A DNA stretch of 64,000 nt from Bacteroidota bacterium (GCA_016715425.1 JADKAC010000008.1:239853-303852), one strand, 5' to 3'. Positions 1 through 10,591 are shown, counted from the first letter of the stretch. Notes: a model not told the origin generated them from the letters alone. A program made the numbers and translations.

Positions 1-153
1 AACATCTAAATTATTGGCTACTTCTTCTATTTGATAGCCTGCTGTTTGCAGCGATGAGGCTGATTGTTTTCCACTTGTATTTGTGCATGCAAAAAATTGT
101 AAAATACATGTTTGCAATACCAACAAGAATAGAATATGTGTAATTGTTTTCAT
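1..153 (-). CDS. Partial lipoprotein (N-terminal 51 codons; gene continues beyond the window edge), possibly a PQQ-dependent sugar dehydrogenase-like protein
   Basis: Reverse-strand ATG at 151-153. Translation MKTITHILFLLVLQTCILQFFACTNTSGKQSASSLQTAGYQIEEVANNLDV stays open to position 1. It has a signal peptide with a lipobox-like FFAC. The tail YQIEEVANNLDV resembles the start of soluble sugar dehydrogenase propellers, which is tentative. The fragment is too short for the ORF track. Confidence 0.5.
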   Translation of the reverse strand, partial: MKTITHILFLLVLQTCILQFFACTNTSGKQSASSLQTAGYQIEEVANNLDV

Positions 154-231
154 TGGGTTATTTTGAATGTCAAGATGAAGTTACAATTTTTGAATACATC
201 TTTAAAATCTTTATTTAAGGGGGCTAAACTG

Positions 232-239
232 TATTTTTG
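232..239 (+). promoter_or_regulatory. Bacteroidota-type -7 box (TAnnTTTG) upstream of the S8 protease gene
   Basis: tatttttg matches TAnnTTTG and ends 16 nt before the ATG at 256. No convincing -33 TTG was seen. Confidence 0.3.
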
Positions 240-255
240 TCAAAATTAATTTTTT

Positions 256-2757
256 ATGCGCATTGTATTCTTGTATTTGATATTGCTTCCAATACTTCCA
301 TTATTCGGACAACAAGAAAATATTATCACCTACAATAACAATTTAGTTTTCACAATGGATCATGCATCGGTTATGGTAAAATTTAATGCGCAAACTTCTT
401 TAGAGAATCGCTCTGCTGCATTAAATCCACAATACTTCGAGCCGTTTAATTTTGCAAATAGTGATATAAATTATTTCTATGCATTTGTTCCATTGAAAAG
501 CGGATTATCCAATAATGAAATTTTTCAAGCTGTTGAAGAATTGTCGAACAATAATTCAGTTGCTTATACTTCAATGATGTTTCGGGATGAAAATGATGTG
601 CTGTGTGCACCCACCAATAAAATATTTGTACAATTAAAATCCGGCAACATGTGGCAGGATATGATGCAATTGTTGAATACTACTTTTGCAGATTCACATA
701 TCACTGTTACACAAAAATATTTTGCTCCCAATACTTATGTAATAGAATTTGATTTAAAAAATACCGCTTCCATGTTTGCATTTGCAGATGCATTATATAC
801 AAGTGGCTATTTTAATTATTGTGAAATAAATTTAGTTTCTCTGATTAATAAACTTACTGATGATACTTATTACAATCGTCAGTGGTCAATAAATAATATC
901 GGTTCCGCAGTGCAATATAGTGGAACTCCGGGTGCTGATTTAGATATTCTATGTGCCTGGGAATACACAAAAGGTGATGGAATTAAAGTAGCGATTATTG
1001 ATGAAGGCGTTGACCTTACACATGATGATCTTACACCGAATTTAGTAGAAGGTTATGATGCCGTGTATTGGGGTGGTGGTACCGGCTCGGATACTCAGGG
1101 CAGTTATAAAGCAGGTTCGGATGATGCACATGGTACTAACTGCGCAGGCATTGTTGCTGCAGTTGCTGATAACGGAATTGGTGTTACAGGTATAGCTCCG
1201 GAAAGTAAGGTAGTTCCTGTTCGTATTGCATATTCGGATGCATGGGGTGGATGGGTATATGAAACATTTTGGGGAGTAGATGCAGTGGAATGGTGTATTG
1301 ATAATGCGAACGCAGATATATTAAGTAATAGTTGGGGTGGTGGAAGTGCAAGCACCGCTTTTAATGGTGCAATAGAATATGCAGTTACCGAAGGTCGAGA
1401 TGGTTTGGGAGCAGTTTTTATTGCGGCCGCTGGTAATTCAAATGTTTCTGAAGTGCATTATCCGGGAAATAATATTAATGCAATTGGTGTTGCCGCAACC
1501 AGTATGTGTGATGAAAGAAAATCTACTTCTTCATGTGACGGAGAATATTGGTGGGGAAGCAATTACGGTACTGCATTAGATGTGGCTGCCCCCGGAGTGA
1601 AAATGCCATCTACTGATATTTCTGGTTCTGCAGGTTATAATTCAGGCGATTATAATTTGGAATTTAATGGAACCAGTAGCGCTACTCCGGCAGCAGCAGC
1701 AGTAGTGGCTTTAATACTTGCTTACAATCCTGCGCTTACTTATGAAGAGGTGAGATTTCTTTTGGAAAGCACTTGTGAAAAAGTAGGTGGTTATACTTAT
1801 AATGAAAACGCCTCTCATCCAAATAGTACATGGACAAGTCAATTAGGTTATGGTAGAGTAAATGCATGTCTTGCATTGGAAGCAGCTACGGCTCCGGATA
1901 TTCTTTGTGGTATTGAAGCATTTACTACAGACACCGTGTATCCGGGAGAAAATTATCCTATTGAAATGTTTATTCAAAACAATGGTTTTGCCGGAAGTGA
2001 GGGATTTGAAAATGGAATTTATTTATCTGAGGATTGCTCTGCTGAAGATGCAATTAATCTTACAAATTTTTATGCTCCTGCTATTATATCCGGCGAAACA
2101 ATTATATACAATTCTACTATGGAAATTCCTGAATATTTTGAAGCAGGAGATTATGAAATTGTATTGGTTGCAGATAACAATAATGCCATTGCCGAATACA
2201 ACGAATTAAATAATCTTGCATGCCGCTCTATTTATATTGCATGTGAATTTAGTCCACAAAGCAGTGAAGTATTTTATGATAAAAATGCAATCACTGATTC
2301 TTTACAAATTGAATCTACTTCCGGATGCAGTTGGGAAGTAACACCTGCTCCGCCATCCTGGATATCCATTATAAATAATGCAGGTACGGGAAATGGATAT
2401 TTTATTTATTCGTTAAATGAAAACATGGATAATGTGAATCGCAGTTTTTCATTTCAATATGGATCGAACACATTTACAATTAATCAGGATTTTCAACAAT
2501 TTGATATTGAAACTATTTTATCCGGAATCAGCATCTATCCCAATCCGGTTAACACTATTTTAAATCTTACCTTAGAATATGGCACTCTTGAAAATGCAGA
2601 ATATGCTGTAATTAATATGATGGGTCAAACAATTGCAAATGGTAATTTAAATGGAAGAGAATTTACTTTCAATTTGCAGGGCTTACCTGCTGCTGCTTAC
2701 ATTCTGCAAATATCCGCAGAAGATAAAACTGCGCTATTTAATTTTATTAAAAACTGA
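256..2757 (+). CDS. Secreted subtilisin-like serine protease (peptidase S8) with T9SS type-A C-terminal sorting domain
   Basis: Catalytic motifs VAIIDEGVD (Asp), HGTNCAGIVAA (His) and GTSSATPAAAAVVAL (Ser). N-terminal signal peptide. CARDB-like segment ending AIAEYNELNN. C-terminal tail ISIYPNPVNTILNLTL...YILQI. Confidence 0.9.
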   Translation: MRIVFLYLILLPILPLFGQQENIITYNNNLVFTMDHASVMVKFNAQTSLENRSAALNPQYFEPFNFANSDINYFYAFVPLKSGLSNNEIFQAVEELSNNNSVAYTSMMFRDENDVLCAPTNKIFVQLKSGNMWQDMMQLLNTTFADSHITVTQKYFAPNTYVIEFDLKNTASMFAFADALYTSGYFNYCEINLVSLINKLTDDTYYNRQWSINNIGSAVQYSGTPGADLDILCAWEYTKGDGIKVAIIDEGVDLTHDDLTPNLVEGYDAVYWGGGTGSDTQGSYKAGSDDAHGTNCAGIVAAVADNGIGVTGIAPESKVVPVRIAYSDAWGGWVYETFWGVDAVEWCIDNANADILSNSWGGGSASTAFNGAIEYAVTEGRDGLGAVFIAAAGNSNVSEVHYPGNNINAIGVAATSMCDERKSTSSCDGEYWWGSNYGTALDVAAPGVKMPSTDISGSAGYNSGDYNLEFNGTSSATPAAAAVVALILAYNPALTYEEVRFLLESTCEKVGGYTYNENASHPNSTWTSQLGYGRVNACLALEAATAPDILCGIEAFTTDTVYPGENYPIEMFIQNNGFAGSEGFENGIYLSEDCSAEDAINLTNFYAPAIISGETIIYNSTMEIPEYFEAGDYEIVLVADNNNAIAEYNELNNLACRSIYIACEFSPQSSEVFYDKNAITDSLQIESTSGCSWEVTPAPPSWISIINNAGTGNGYFIYSLNENMDNVNRSFSFQYGSNTFTINQDFQQFDIETILSGISIYPNPVNTILNLTLEYGTLENAEYAVINMMGQTIANGNLNGREFTFNLQGLPAAAYILQISAEDKTALFNFIKN

Positions 2758-2836
2758 CAAGGCTACTTCAACAAAAAATGTATGCCAAACATTTGAAAAT
2801 ATTTATTTCTGATGCATGTAGTAATTTAGTAGCGAT

Positions 2837-3217
2837 ATGAGATTACTATTAGGAGTGTATTTAACCTTTATGGCAATTATGTTTATGCGTTGCTCAGAAG
2901 TATCTGAAGTGGATGAATTAGCCAAACAAACAGAACGTATTCAAATTGTTTTTACCGATGATTTACTGAACTACACAGACATCACGGATAAAAAAGAAAT
3001 TAAACGTATTGCCAATTTTATTACCGATGAGGAAACACCTTTTTATAAATGCGGATACGATGGATATATGATTTTTTTTACTGAATCAGGATCGGTAAGA
3101 ATGAATTTTAATATTCAAGAAGATTGTGCACATGTGGTGTATGATTATGCAATGACTATTAAAACTTTTAGAATAAGTGAAGACGGTATTGCTTATTTAA
3201 CACACCTGAAAGAATAA
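2837..3217 (+). CDS. Hypothetical small exported protein or lipoprotein
   Basis: 126-aa ORF with a hydrophobic N-terminus ending in Cys (AIMFMRCSE). It ends 6 nt before the next same-strand ORF. No recognisable motif. Confidence 0.55.
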   Translation: MRLLLGVYLTFMAIMFMRCSEVSEVDELAKQTERIQIVFTDDLLNYTDITDKKEIKRIANFITDEETPFYKCGYDGYMIFFTESGSVRMNFNIQEDCAHVVYDYAMTIKTFRISEDGIAYLTHLKE

Positions 3218-3223
3218 TTACAC

Positions 3224-3970
3224 ATGCCGGTTTTTGATGAGAGAGAGCAACCCATTCCCATGATGCCGCTGTTAGTGGTAACTAATATTTTTCCATTAGT
3301 GGGTATTTTATTTTACGATCTTTCCTTCTTTGCTTTTTTTTATTTGTATTGGACAGAAACAGTGCTGATTGGTATTTTCCGTTGGTTGAAAATGATTAAT
3401 GCAAATAAAAAGGAAGAAGCCAACCAAAACGTTACCATAAATGGTGAACCACTCACATTTAAGAAAGTAAACAGCAGAGTGTTTATGATGGGCATGTATT
3501 TTTTCTGGCGAAGTGCGATTTTAATGTTTTATCTTGTTTTCATCATTGTATTTGTAGGCCTTTGGGATACGAGTAATACAGATAGTTATGTAAGCTTTGG
3601 TAGAGCAATTACCTTCAGTGACTCATGGATGCAAATTACTTTACTCAGTTATATTCTTGCTCAATTAGTTGATTACATTTTATATATCCGTGATAAGCAA
3701 TATCAAATTACAAGTTTGCAGGAACTGGCAAATATTTTTGATGGCCGCACTATTGTTTTACATATCGTTATTGTACTTGGCGTATTTCTTTCTCAATGGG
3801 TAAGTAATTATGTGTTTCCCGATTATCCAAAAGCGGGAACTATAGCATTTGCTTCTTTATTTGTTGTAATTAAAACAATTGCTGATGTATTTGCTTATAA
3901 ATGGCAAACTTCCCGACAGCAGGTAATTACAAGTATATTTGATAAGTCGCCTGAAAATAAAACCGCATAA
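3224..3970 (+). CDS. Hypothetical polytopic membrane protein
   Basis: 248-aa ORF with about six hydrophobic helices and a YLYWTETVLIG motif. Tightly coupled to the upstream small ORF. I suspect it belongs to a DUF-type membrane family but cannot verify this. Confidence 0.7.
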   Translation: MPVFDEREQPIPMMPLLVVTNIFPLVGILFYDLSFFAFFYLYWTETVLIGIFRWLKMINANKKEEANQNVTINGEPLTFKKVNSRVFMMGMYFFWRSAILMFYLVFIIVFVGLWDTSNTDSYVSFGRAITFSDSWMQITLLSYILAQLVDYILYIRDKQYQITSLQELANIFDGRTIVLHIVIVLGVFLSQWVSNYVFPDYPKAGTIAFASLFVVIKTIADVFAYKWQTSRQQVITSIFDKSPENKTA

Positions 3971-4016
3971 ATTTTCATCAGAATATCTAAAACCCAAATT
4001 GAAAATCTTTTATTAA

Positions 4017-6281
4017 ATGCAAAAAATACTTCTACTCACATTAAGTATTTATTTCTCCTCTATAATTTTTGCGCAACAATTACCGCCCTATATTCCATTG
4101 CGCATTTATGAAAAAATTTCTTTGGATGGAAGACTTTCTGAACCTGTTTGGCAGCAAGCGGAAGTGATAAATGATTTTATGCAATACGACCCCTTTCCCG
4201 GTCAACAACCTTACGCACTTACAGAGCTTCGCATTATGTACGACGATGATTTTATGTATGTGGCCTACAGTTGTTTTGATCCTGAACCGGATAAAATGAT
4301 TGCGTTAAGTTTAGAGCGTGATTTTGAAATAGGTCGTGATGATGGTATTGCATTTATTATAGATACATACAATGATAAAAGTACAGGCCTTGCTTTTATT
4401 ACCAATACATTAGGTGCAAGATGGGATATGGAATTTTCCAGCGACGGAACCACAGAAAATGATTCGTATAATACATTTTGGGATGTAACTTCTTATTCTG
4501 ATTCAACAGGATATTACAGCGAGTTTCGTATTCCGTTTTCTTCAATGCGATTTAAATCTGATTCAATGGTAACGATGGGAATTCGTGCAATACGTTTAAT
4601 AAAAAGATTAAATGAATATAGTATCTATCCCCCATGTCCGCCGGATATTGATAATGCATTCTGGAAAGTGTCGCTTGCAAGAGAAATGCAATTAACAAAT
4701 CTGGAAAGTGCTAAACCATTTTATATTATTCCATACGTTACCGCAGGTTATGGCGAAATACAACAATTGAATAGCGATGGAACTGCGTATGAAAAAGAAA
4801 CCGAATTTATGAAGCGCAATTATTATTCGGATAATGAAGTGGTAGATAAAATACTGAGTAATATCGGTGGCGATATTAAATATGGAATCAGTAAAAATCT
4901 TACTCTTGATTTAACAGTGAATACAGATTTTGCACAAGCAGAAGCAGACAATGTAATTATTAATCTCAGCAAGTATGAAGTGAATTTACCGGAGAAAAGA
5001 GGCTTCTTTTTAGAATCTAAAAACTATTTTAGTTTCGGTACTTCTTCAGGAGATCAACTTTTTATTTCGAGAAGTATTGGTCAGGATGATGGAGAAATAA
5101 TTCCTTTAATTGGTGGTGCAAGAGTTACCGGTAAAGTAGGTAATTTTCAATTTGGTGCATTGAATATGCAAACCGGTTCTGCAAATGATGGTGCAACCCC
5201 GTCGAGTAATTTTACTGTATTTCGCAATCGTGTTTTTTTTGACTCTCTTGGCAGTTTCTGGGGAGGCATTATTACAAATAAAATTAATGTAGGTGAATCG
5301 CCTGCAACATTTCAAAGTCTGGGTATTGGTGGTGTAAAATATATTAATTCTAGATTATCCATTATTTCTGCTATTTCAGGTACATATGAAAATATGGATC
5401 TCGCTGCATTCGCAAATCGGGTGTATTATAATTTTGGTATAAATCGCAATGTAAGGCAAGGATGGAATTTAGGTTTTGATGCGAGTTTGATAGGAAAAGA
5501 TTTTGTTCCTGAAATGGGTTATATCGCAGAAAATGATTTGTTGAATACCGGATTAAAAGTGGGTTATATATGGCGACCGGAAAGTGCAACAATTAGTTCT
5601 TATAATATTTACACATTTTCCCGCTATCGTTACAAACCTACTTTACAGCAAAATGAAACAGAATTTTTTTCTGCGGAAGGTTCACTCTATTTTAAAAATG
5701 GATTAGGTATTCAGGTAAAACCTTTGGAGATAAATAATGATTTATTGTTTTATGATTGGAATATAAATAATGATATTACCATTCCGCAAAATACATACTT
5801 CATGTACTCTCCTGATTTGAATATAGAGGCTCCGTCAGATGGAGATTACAGTGGAAATGTGTTTATGAAATTCGGTGATTTTTATGGGGGAAATAGATTT
5901 AGTTTATACCCATCAGTAGATTATTTTATAACAAAGAATTTGCAAATAGGAATAGATTATGAATACAATCATATTCAATTCCCCACCGAATTTGCAAGCG
6001 GTGATAACAACGCATTATTTATAAGCAACTTAATCCGATTAAATATTTCATGTTATTTCTCTTCTAAAATTTCCATTAAGTTATTTACGCAATACGATGA
6101 TATTTCTGATAAGGTAAGCAGCAATTTACGATTCAGATATAATCCGGTAGAAGGCACAGATTTGTATGTGGTGTTTAATCAGGATTTAAATACAGATCCG
6201 TTGAACATGATGCCTGAATTACCGGTAGTAAATAATCAGGGAATCACTGTGAAGTTTGTTAAAACCTTTACTGTAAAATAA
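4017..6281 (+). CDS. Outer-membrane-associated protein with a CBM9-like N-terminal domain and a large beta-rich C-terminal domain (DUF5916-like)
   Basis: Signal peptide MQKILLLTLSIYFSSIIFAQ. N-terminal segment DGRLSEPVWQQAEVINDF is typical of carbohydrate-binding family 9-like proteins. The long alternating beta-strand pattern ends in an aromatic-rich C-terminus (ITVKFVKTFTVK). Confidence 0.7.
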   Translation: MQKILLLTLSIYFSSIIFAQQLPPYIPLRIYEKISLDGRLSEPVWQQAEVINDFMQYDPFPGQQPYALTELRIMYDDDFMYVAYSCFDPEPDKMIALSLERDFEIGRDDGIAFIIDTYNDKSTGLAFITNTLGARWDMEFSSDGTTENDSYNTFWDVTSYSDSTGYYSEFRIPFSSMRFKSDSMVTMGIRAIRLIKRLNEYSIYPPCPPDIDNAFWKVSLAREMQLTNLESAKPFYIIPYVTAGYGEIQQLNSDGTAYEKETEFMKRNYYSDNEVVDKILSNIGGDIKYGISKNLTLDLTVNTDFAQAEADNVIINLSKYEVNLPEKRGFFLESKNYFSFGTSSGDQLFISRSIGQDDGEIIPLIGGARVTGKVGNFQFGALNMQTGSANDGATPSSNFTVFRNRVFFDSLGSFWGGIITNKINVGESPATFQSLGIGGVKYINSRLSIISAISGTYENMDLAAFANRVYYNFGINRNVRQGWNLGFDASLIGKDFVPEMGYIAENDLLNTGLKVGYIWRPESATISSYNIYTFSRYRYKPTLQQNETEFFSAEGSLYFKNGLGIQVKPLEINNDLLFYDWNINNDITIPQNTYFMYSPDLNIEAPSDGDYSGNVFMKFGDFYGGNRFSLYPSVDYFITKNLQIGIDYEYNHIQFPTEFASGDNNALFISNLIRLNISCYFSSKISIKLFTQYDDISDKVSSNLRFRYNPVEGTDLYVVFNQDLNTDPLNMMPELPVVNNQGITVKFVKTFTVK

Positions 6282-6797
6282 TTATTCTGCAAGCTGCCAG
6301 ATATCTTTTAAGTTGCGACCAATTTCATTATAATCCAATCCATAACCCACCACAAAAGTATCGGCTATTTTAAAGCAAACTCTATCGGCAGAAATAGGTT
6401 TTTCTATTTGTTTTTGTAATAATGCAATTGTGAAAACAGAAGCTGGAGATTGCTGTTTTATATTCTTCATTAAGTATTGCAAAGTATTTCCCGTATCAAT
6501 TATATCTTCTATGATAATCACATTTCTATTTGTTACATCAGGTAGATTTTCATTGTGAATTATCTCTCCGCTTTGTGTTCCGGTGTATGACTTTATTTTT
6601 ATAAAAACAATTTCTACAGGATATTGAAAATGCTTTACCAGATCAGCAGCAAACATAAATGCACCTTGCAACACCACAATGCACAAAGGATTTTTAGCTG
6701 CATACATATCGGAGATTTCGGTGCCTAATTTTAAAATTGCAGATTGAATCTGCTCGTTGCTGATGTATTTAATAAAATGCTTATCCTCTAAAATCAT
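6282..6797 (-). CDS. hpt: Hypoxanthine phosphoribosyltransferase
   Basis: PRPP-binding motif VIIIEDIIDTGNTL, VVLQGAFMFAADL, and C-terminal FVVGYGLDYNEIGRNL. The track ORF begins at a GTG (6824). The ATG at 6795-6797 (MILEDKHFIKYIS...) fits HPRT N-termini better. Confidence 0.9.
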   Translation of the reverse strand: MILEDKHFIKYISNEQIQSAILKLGTEISDMYAAKNPLCIVVLQGAFMFAADLVKHFQYPVEIVFIKIKSYTGTQSGEIIHNENLPDVTNRNVIIIEDIIDTGNTLQYLMKNIKQQSPASVFTIALLQKQIEKPISADRVCFKIADTFVVGYGLDYNEIGRNLKDIWQLAE

Positions 6798-6826
6798 AGA
6801 ACAAAATAACACATCTGCAAGCACAA

Positions 6827-8113
6827 TTATTTATAGCCAACAATTAATTGTTGTCCGATAGAAATTGTATTGCCATTCAGCTTATTCCATTTTTGAATAT
6901 CTGCAACTGTTACTTCATACATTTTAGAGATAGAATATAATGTCTCTTTGGATTGTACCTTATGCATTATTTTTTCCGGTTGTATCGTTTTCGGTGGTTC
7001 AGGAATTATTTCTTCTGACGAATCTATATCAAGCGTTTGCTGATTATAATTTTCAAATTCCATTTCTTCAGTTTCCGGTGCTGCCAATTCCAATGGTACT
7101 TTTTTAGTTTTTATCTCTTTGGATTTCTCCGGATCTACTTTTGGTGCGGGACTCTGAAGCTTTACTTTCTCTTTGCGTTTTTTTCTCAGATTTAATATTT
7201 CACCTGCGGCAGGCTCTTCACCTTTATTCATCAAATTATAACTATATAATCTATCAAGTTCAACTCCCTCATCACGGCTGATGCTCCACATTGTTTCGTT
7301 GGTTTTTACTGTATGATATTTCACACTTCCTTTTTTGCGTTTGGGTTGCAAATAGATATTTGTTCCGGGTTCTAATTCTGTATTTATACGAATATCGTTA
7401 TATGTTAAAATGCGCTTTAGATAAATATTATTCGCTAATGCAATAGATTCCGGCGTATCACCTTTCTGCACAAGCACGGTAGGAATTCTGTTGAAATAAA
7501 ACTTTACTGAAGTAGTGGCAATAGCAATATCCTCTTTAGGATTTTCTTTCAGATATTCTTTATTGGTACCATCCGATTTTTCTAATTTATTTAAATCAGC
7601 TAAAGTGAAACCATCATACTCATATAATTTATAATCTTCAATTAATCCAATTAGCAATTCCGCATATTTTGGATTGGTGGCATACCCTGCTTTTTTTAAT
7701 CCTTTAGCCCAACCTTTATAATCTGAAGGTTCAAGTGTAAATAATTCAGAATAGCGATTTCTTGTGGTGAGAAATAAACTGTGATCATGAAAAGATTCTT
7801 GCGGATTATTATAACTGCGAAAACATTCGTTGGCTGCATCATCATCATAATATACTTTGCTGCCTGCCCAATCACTTTGACATTTAATTCCAAAATGATT
7901 ATTGGATTTTTTTGCAAGTTCACTTTTGCCTGAGCCGGATTCTAAAATACCTTGTGCTAAGGTGATGCTTGCCGGAATACCATACTCAATCATTTCCCGC
8001 ACAGCGATTGCCCGATATTGCAAAATATAATTGTTTACGTCCGTATTATTTCCGGAGGCAAATGCAGTTGTACTTGCACTTAGAATAAAATAGAATAGAA
8101 TTATTTTCTTCAT
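6827..8113 (-). CDS. Peptidoglycan hydrolase: glucosaminidase domain plus LysM repeats
   Basis: Signal peptide. Glucosaminidase motif GIPASITLAQGILESGSGKSELAKKSNNHFGIK. At least two LysM-like units (HTVKTNETMWSISRDEGV...; HKVQSKETLYSISKMYEVTVADIQKWNKL). Confidence 0.85.
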   Translation of the reverse strand: MKKIILFYFILSASTTAFASGNNTDVNNYILQYRAIAVREMIEYGIPASITLAQGILESGSGKSELAKKSNNHFGIKCQSDWAGSKVYYDDDAANECFRSYNNPQESFHDHSLFLTTRNRYSELFTLEPSDYKGWAKGLKKAGYATNPKYAELLIGLIEDYKLYEYDGFTLADLNKLEKSDGTNKEYLKENPKEDIAIATTSVKFYFNRIPTVLVQKGDTPESIALANNIYLKRILTYNDIRINTELEPGTNIYLQPKRKKGSVKYHTVKTNETMWSISRDEGVELDRLYSYNLMNKGEEPAAGEILNLRKKRKEKVKLQSPAPKVDPEKSKEIKTKKVPLELAAPETEEMEFENYNQQTLDIDSSEEIIPEPPKTIQPEKIMHKVQSKETLYSISKMYEVTVADIQKWNKLNGNTISIGQQLIVGYK

Positions 8114-8195
8114 TGCTTTACGTCAGATTCTTCAGATGTAAATCTACTTTGGCAAACGAGTAAAAGTTATAGCTTATTATACACAGAATTGTGGC

Positions 8196-8834
8196 TTATC
8201 CAATTTTGCGAACAATCATAAGACCATCTCTTACACTCATAATTACATTTTCAACTCTTGTATCCTTTTGTATTTTTTTGTTAAATGCATCAATGGCAAG
8301 TGTGTCTTTATCTTTTTCTGTTTCCACTACTTTGCCGCTCCATAACACATTGTCGGCGATAATCCATCCGCCTGTAACTAATTTATCAAAAACAAGATCA
8401 TAATAATTTGCATAGTTCTGTTTGTCGGCATCTATAAAAACCAAATCGAATGTGTGATGAAGTGTTGGAATTATTTGTAATGCATTACCGGTAAGTATTT
8501 CAAATGCATTGGTAAGATTTTCTTTTGCAACATAATCTTTTACCATAGGTGTAAGTTCATCATTGATATCTATTGTAATTATTTTTCCGCCGGGTTGCAA
8601 TCCTTTTGCTAAACAGATACCGCTGTAGCCTGTATAAGTACCTATTTCTAAAATTGATTTTGGCTGCATCATTCTCGAAATAAATTCCAGCACTTTCCCT
8701 TGCACTTTGCCACTCAGCATTTGCGGCATCATCGCTTTTAAATGTGTTTGTCGGTTAAGTTCTTTTAATGCTGCTGTTTCTTCTGTTGTATGGTCAGAAA
8801 TATATTGTTCAATTTGAGAAAGTATAATTTCCAT
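8196..8834 (-). CDS. Class I SAM-dependent O-methyltransferase (caffeoyl-CoA OMT-like family)
   Basis: SAM-binding motif ILEIGTYTGYSGI, then FDLVFIDADKQNY and GGWIIADNVLWSG, which are typical of family-3 O-methyltransferases. Confidence 0.85.
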   Translation of the reverse strand: MEIILSQIEQYISDHTTEETAALKELNRQTHLKAMMPQMLSGKVQGKVLEFISRMMQPKSILEIGTYTGYSGICLAKGLQPGGKIITIDINDELTPMVKDYVAKENLTNAFEILTGNALQIIPTLHHTFDLVFIDADKQNYANYYDLVFDKLVTGGWIIADNVLWSGKVVETEKDKDTLAIDAFNKKIQKDTRVENVIMSVRDGLMIVRKIG

Positions 8835-8869
8835 ATTTGTTTTAATTTGTAAAAGTGTTTTGACAAGAA

Positions 8870-9361
8870 TTAAATTCCGATTGTATTACTTCTTTTTTCC
8901 ATTATCACTGTTGTTTTCCAAACACCATTTAAAAAGGCAATTCGTTCACGATAACCAATCATGCGGAAGCCACATTTCTCATGCAAGTGAATACTCGCCG
9001 GATTATCATTATGAATTACAGCAAGCATACTCCAATAGCCATGTTTTTCAGAAGTTACAATTACTTTTTCAATAAGTGCCTTTCCAATTCCTTTATATTT
9101 AAAATCATCGTGTACATATAAAGTAAGTTCGCACACACCTTTATAACATTCTCTCGGAGAAACATTTGATAATACTATCCAACCAGTAATTGTATTTTCT
9201 TCTAAAGAAACAAAACGTGAATGTGGAAGAAACTTTTTATCAAATATTTCCCATTCCGGTGACTGTGTTTCAAATGTGGCGTTGCCGGCAGCGATACCCA
9301 TATCGTAAATATTTTTTATCGCAGGATAATCATCTTGCACCAAAGGTCTGATTTCAATCAT
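8870..9361 (-). CDS. GNAT family N-acetyltransferase (phosphinothricin acetyltransferase-like)
   Basis: 163 aa. Acetyl-CoA pocket motif YKGIGKALIEKVI, and NPASIHLHEKCGFRMIG, which is typical of the PAT-like GNAT subgroup. Confidence 0.8.
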   Translation of the reverse strand: MIEIRPLVQDDYPAIKNIYDMGIAAGNATFETQSPEWEIFDKKFLPHSRFVSLEENTITGWIVLSNVSPRECYKGVCELTLYVHDDFKYKGIGKALIEKVIVTSEKHGYWSMLAVIHNDNPASIHLHEKCGFRMIGYRERIAFLNGVWKTTVIMEKRSNTIGI

Positions 9362-9422
9362 ACAATAAAATTACAGTGGGTATATTTAATCGTTTTAGTT
9401 TTATGGTGCATATTTATAAATT

Positions 9423-10547
9423 ATGAAAAAAGTTACAGTACTAGGTGCAGGCATGGTAGGCCGTGCAATGGCGATTGATCTCGCAAAAACATGTGAAGTA
9501 AGTTCTGCAGATATCAGCGATGATAATCTTGCTAAACTTTCTGCATTTGGTATAAATACTATTCAATGTGATTTATCGGATAATGAAAAAATTAAATCGG
9601 TAATTCAGGCTGCAGATTTAGTGATTGGTGCTGTTCCGGGTTTTATGGGTTTTGAAATGTTTAAGACAGTGATTGAAGCCGGTAAAAATATTTGTGATAT
9701 TTCTTTTTTTAATGAAGATCCATTTGTGTTGAATGATCTTGCTAAAAAAAATAATGTAACTGCAATTATGGATGTGGGTGTTGCGCCCGGAATGGATAAT
9801 ATTATTCTTGGCTATCACAACAAGCGCATGCAAGTGAAAAATTTTGAATGTTATGTTGGTGGATTACCTGCAGAACGTGTTTGGCCTTACGAATATAAAG
9901 CACCGTTTTCACCTGCCGATGTATTGGAGGAATATACCCGACCTGCAAGATTTGTTCGTGATGGAAAATTAATTATTAAAGAAGCACTCACGGATCCAGA
10001 GTTGATGTATTTTGAAGGTGTGGGAACATTGGAAGCATTTAATAGTGATGGCTTGCGCAGCTTGGTAAACACGATGGCACATATTCCTAATTTAATTGAA
10101 CGCACATTGCGTTATCCCGGTCATATAGAATTAATGCGTGTGATGCGGGCAACAGGATTTTTTAGCAAAGAAGAAATTGAAGTGAAAGGAAAAAAAATTG
10201 CACCATTGGATTTAACCAGTAAATTATTATTTCCTAAATGGAAATTAGGTGATGAAGAACATGAATTTACTGTGATGCGCATTATAGTGGAAGGCAACGA
10301 AAACGGAAAGGATAAAATCTATACTTATAATTTATTGGATAAGTACGACGCAGTTACAAAAACATCCAGCATGGCAAGAACAACAGGTTATACTTGTACG
10401 GCCGCAGCGCAATTGGTATTAAATAATATGTTTAAAAGTAAGGGTGTTTTTTCACCGGAATATCTGGGAGAGGAAGAAGCACATTTTCAGTTTATATTGC
10501 AATATTTACAAGAAAGAAATATTTACTATAAAAAAACTTCAGTATGA
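9423..10547 (+). CDS. Saccharopine dehydrogenase family oxidoreductase
   Basis: N-terminal Rossmann motif VTVLGAGMVGRAMAIDL. The length (374 aa) and mid-region (VGGLPAE...YKAPFSP, RTLRYPGH) resemble saccharopine dehydrogenase-like proteins. Confidence 0.75.
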   Translation: MKKVTVLGAGMVGRAMAIDLAKTCEVSSADISDDNLAKLSAFGINTIQCDLSDNEKIKSVIQAADLVIGAVPGFMGFEMFKTVIEAGKNICDISFFNEDPFVLNDLAKKNNVTAIMDVGVAPGMDNIILGYHNKRMQVKNFECYVGGLPAERVWPYEYKAPFSPADVLEEYTRPARFVRDGKLIIKEALTDPELMYFEGVGTLEAFNSDGLRSLVNTMAHIPNLIERTLRYPGHIELMRVMRATGFFSKEEIEVKGKKIAPLDLTSKLLFPKWKLGDEEHEFTVMRIIVEGNENGKDKIYTYNLLDKYDAVTKTSSMARTTGYTCTAAAQLVLNNMFKSKGVFSPEYLGEEEAHFQFILQYLQERNIYYKKTSV

Positions 10548-10591
10548 TTCAATTAATTAAGAAAAGAAATTATTTTAATTTTTAAATAAGG

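Noticed and set aside
1104-2209. Alternative-frame and antisense ORFs inside the S8 protease gene (1104..1355, 1379..1579, 1862..2209)
   Set aside because: They are embedded in a gene whose three catalytic motifs lie in a single uninterrupted frame. They have no independent support.
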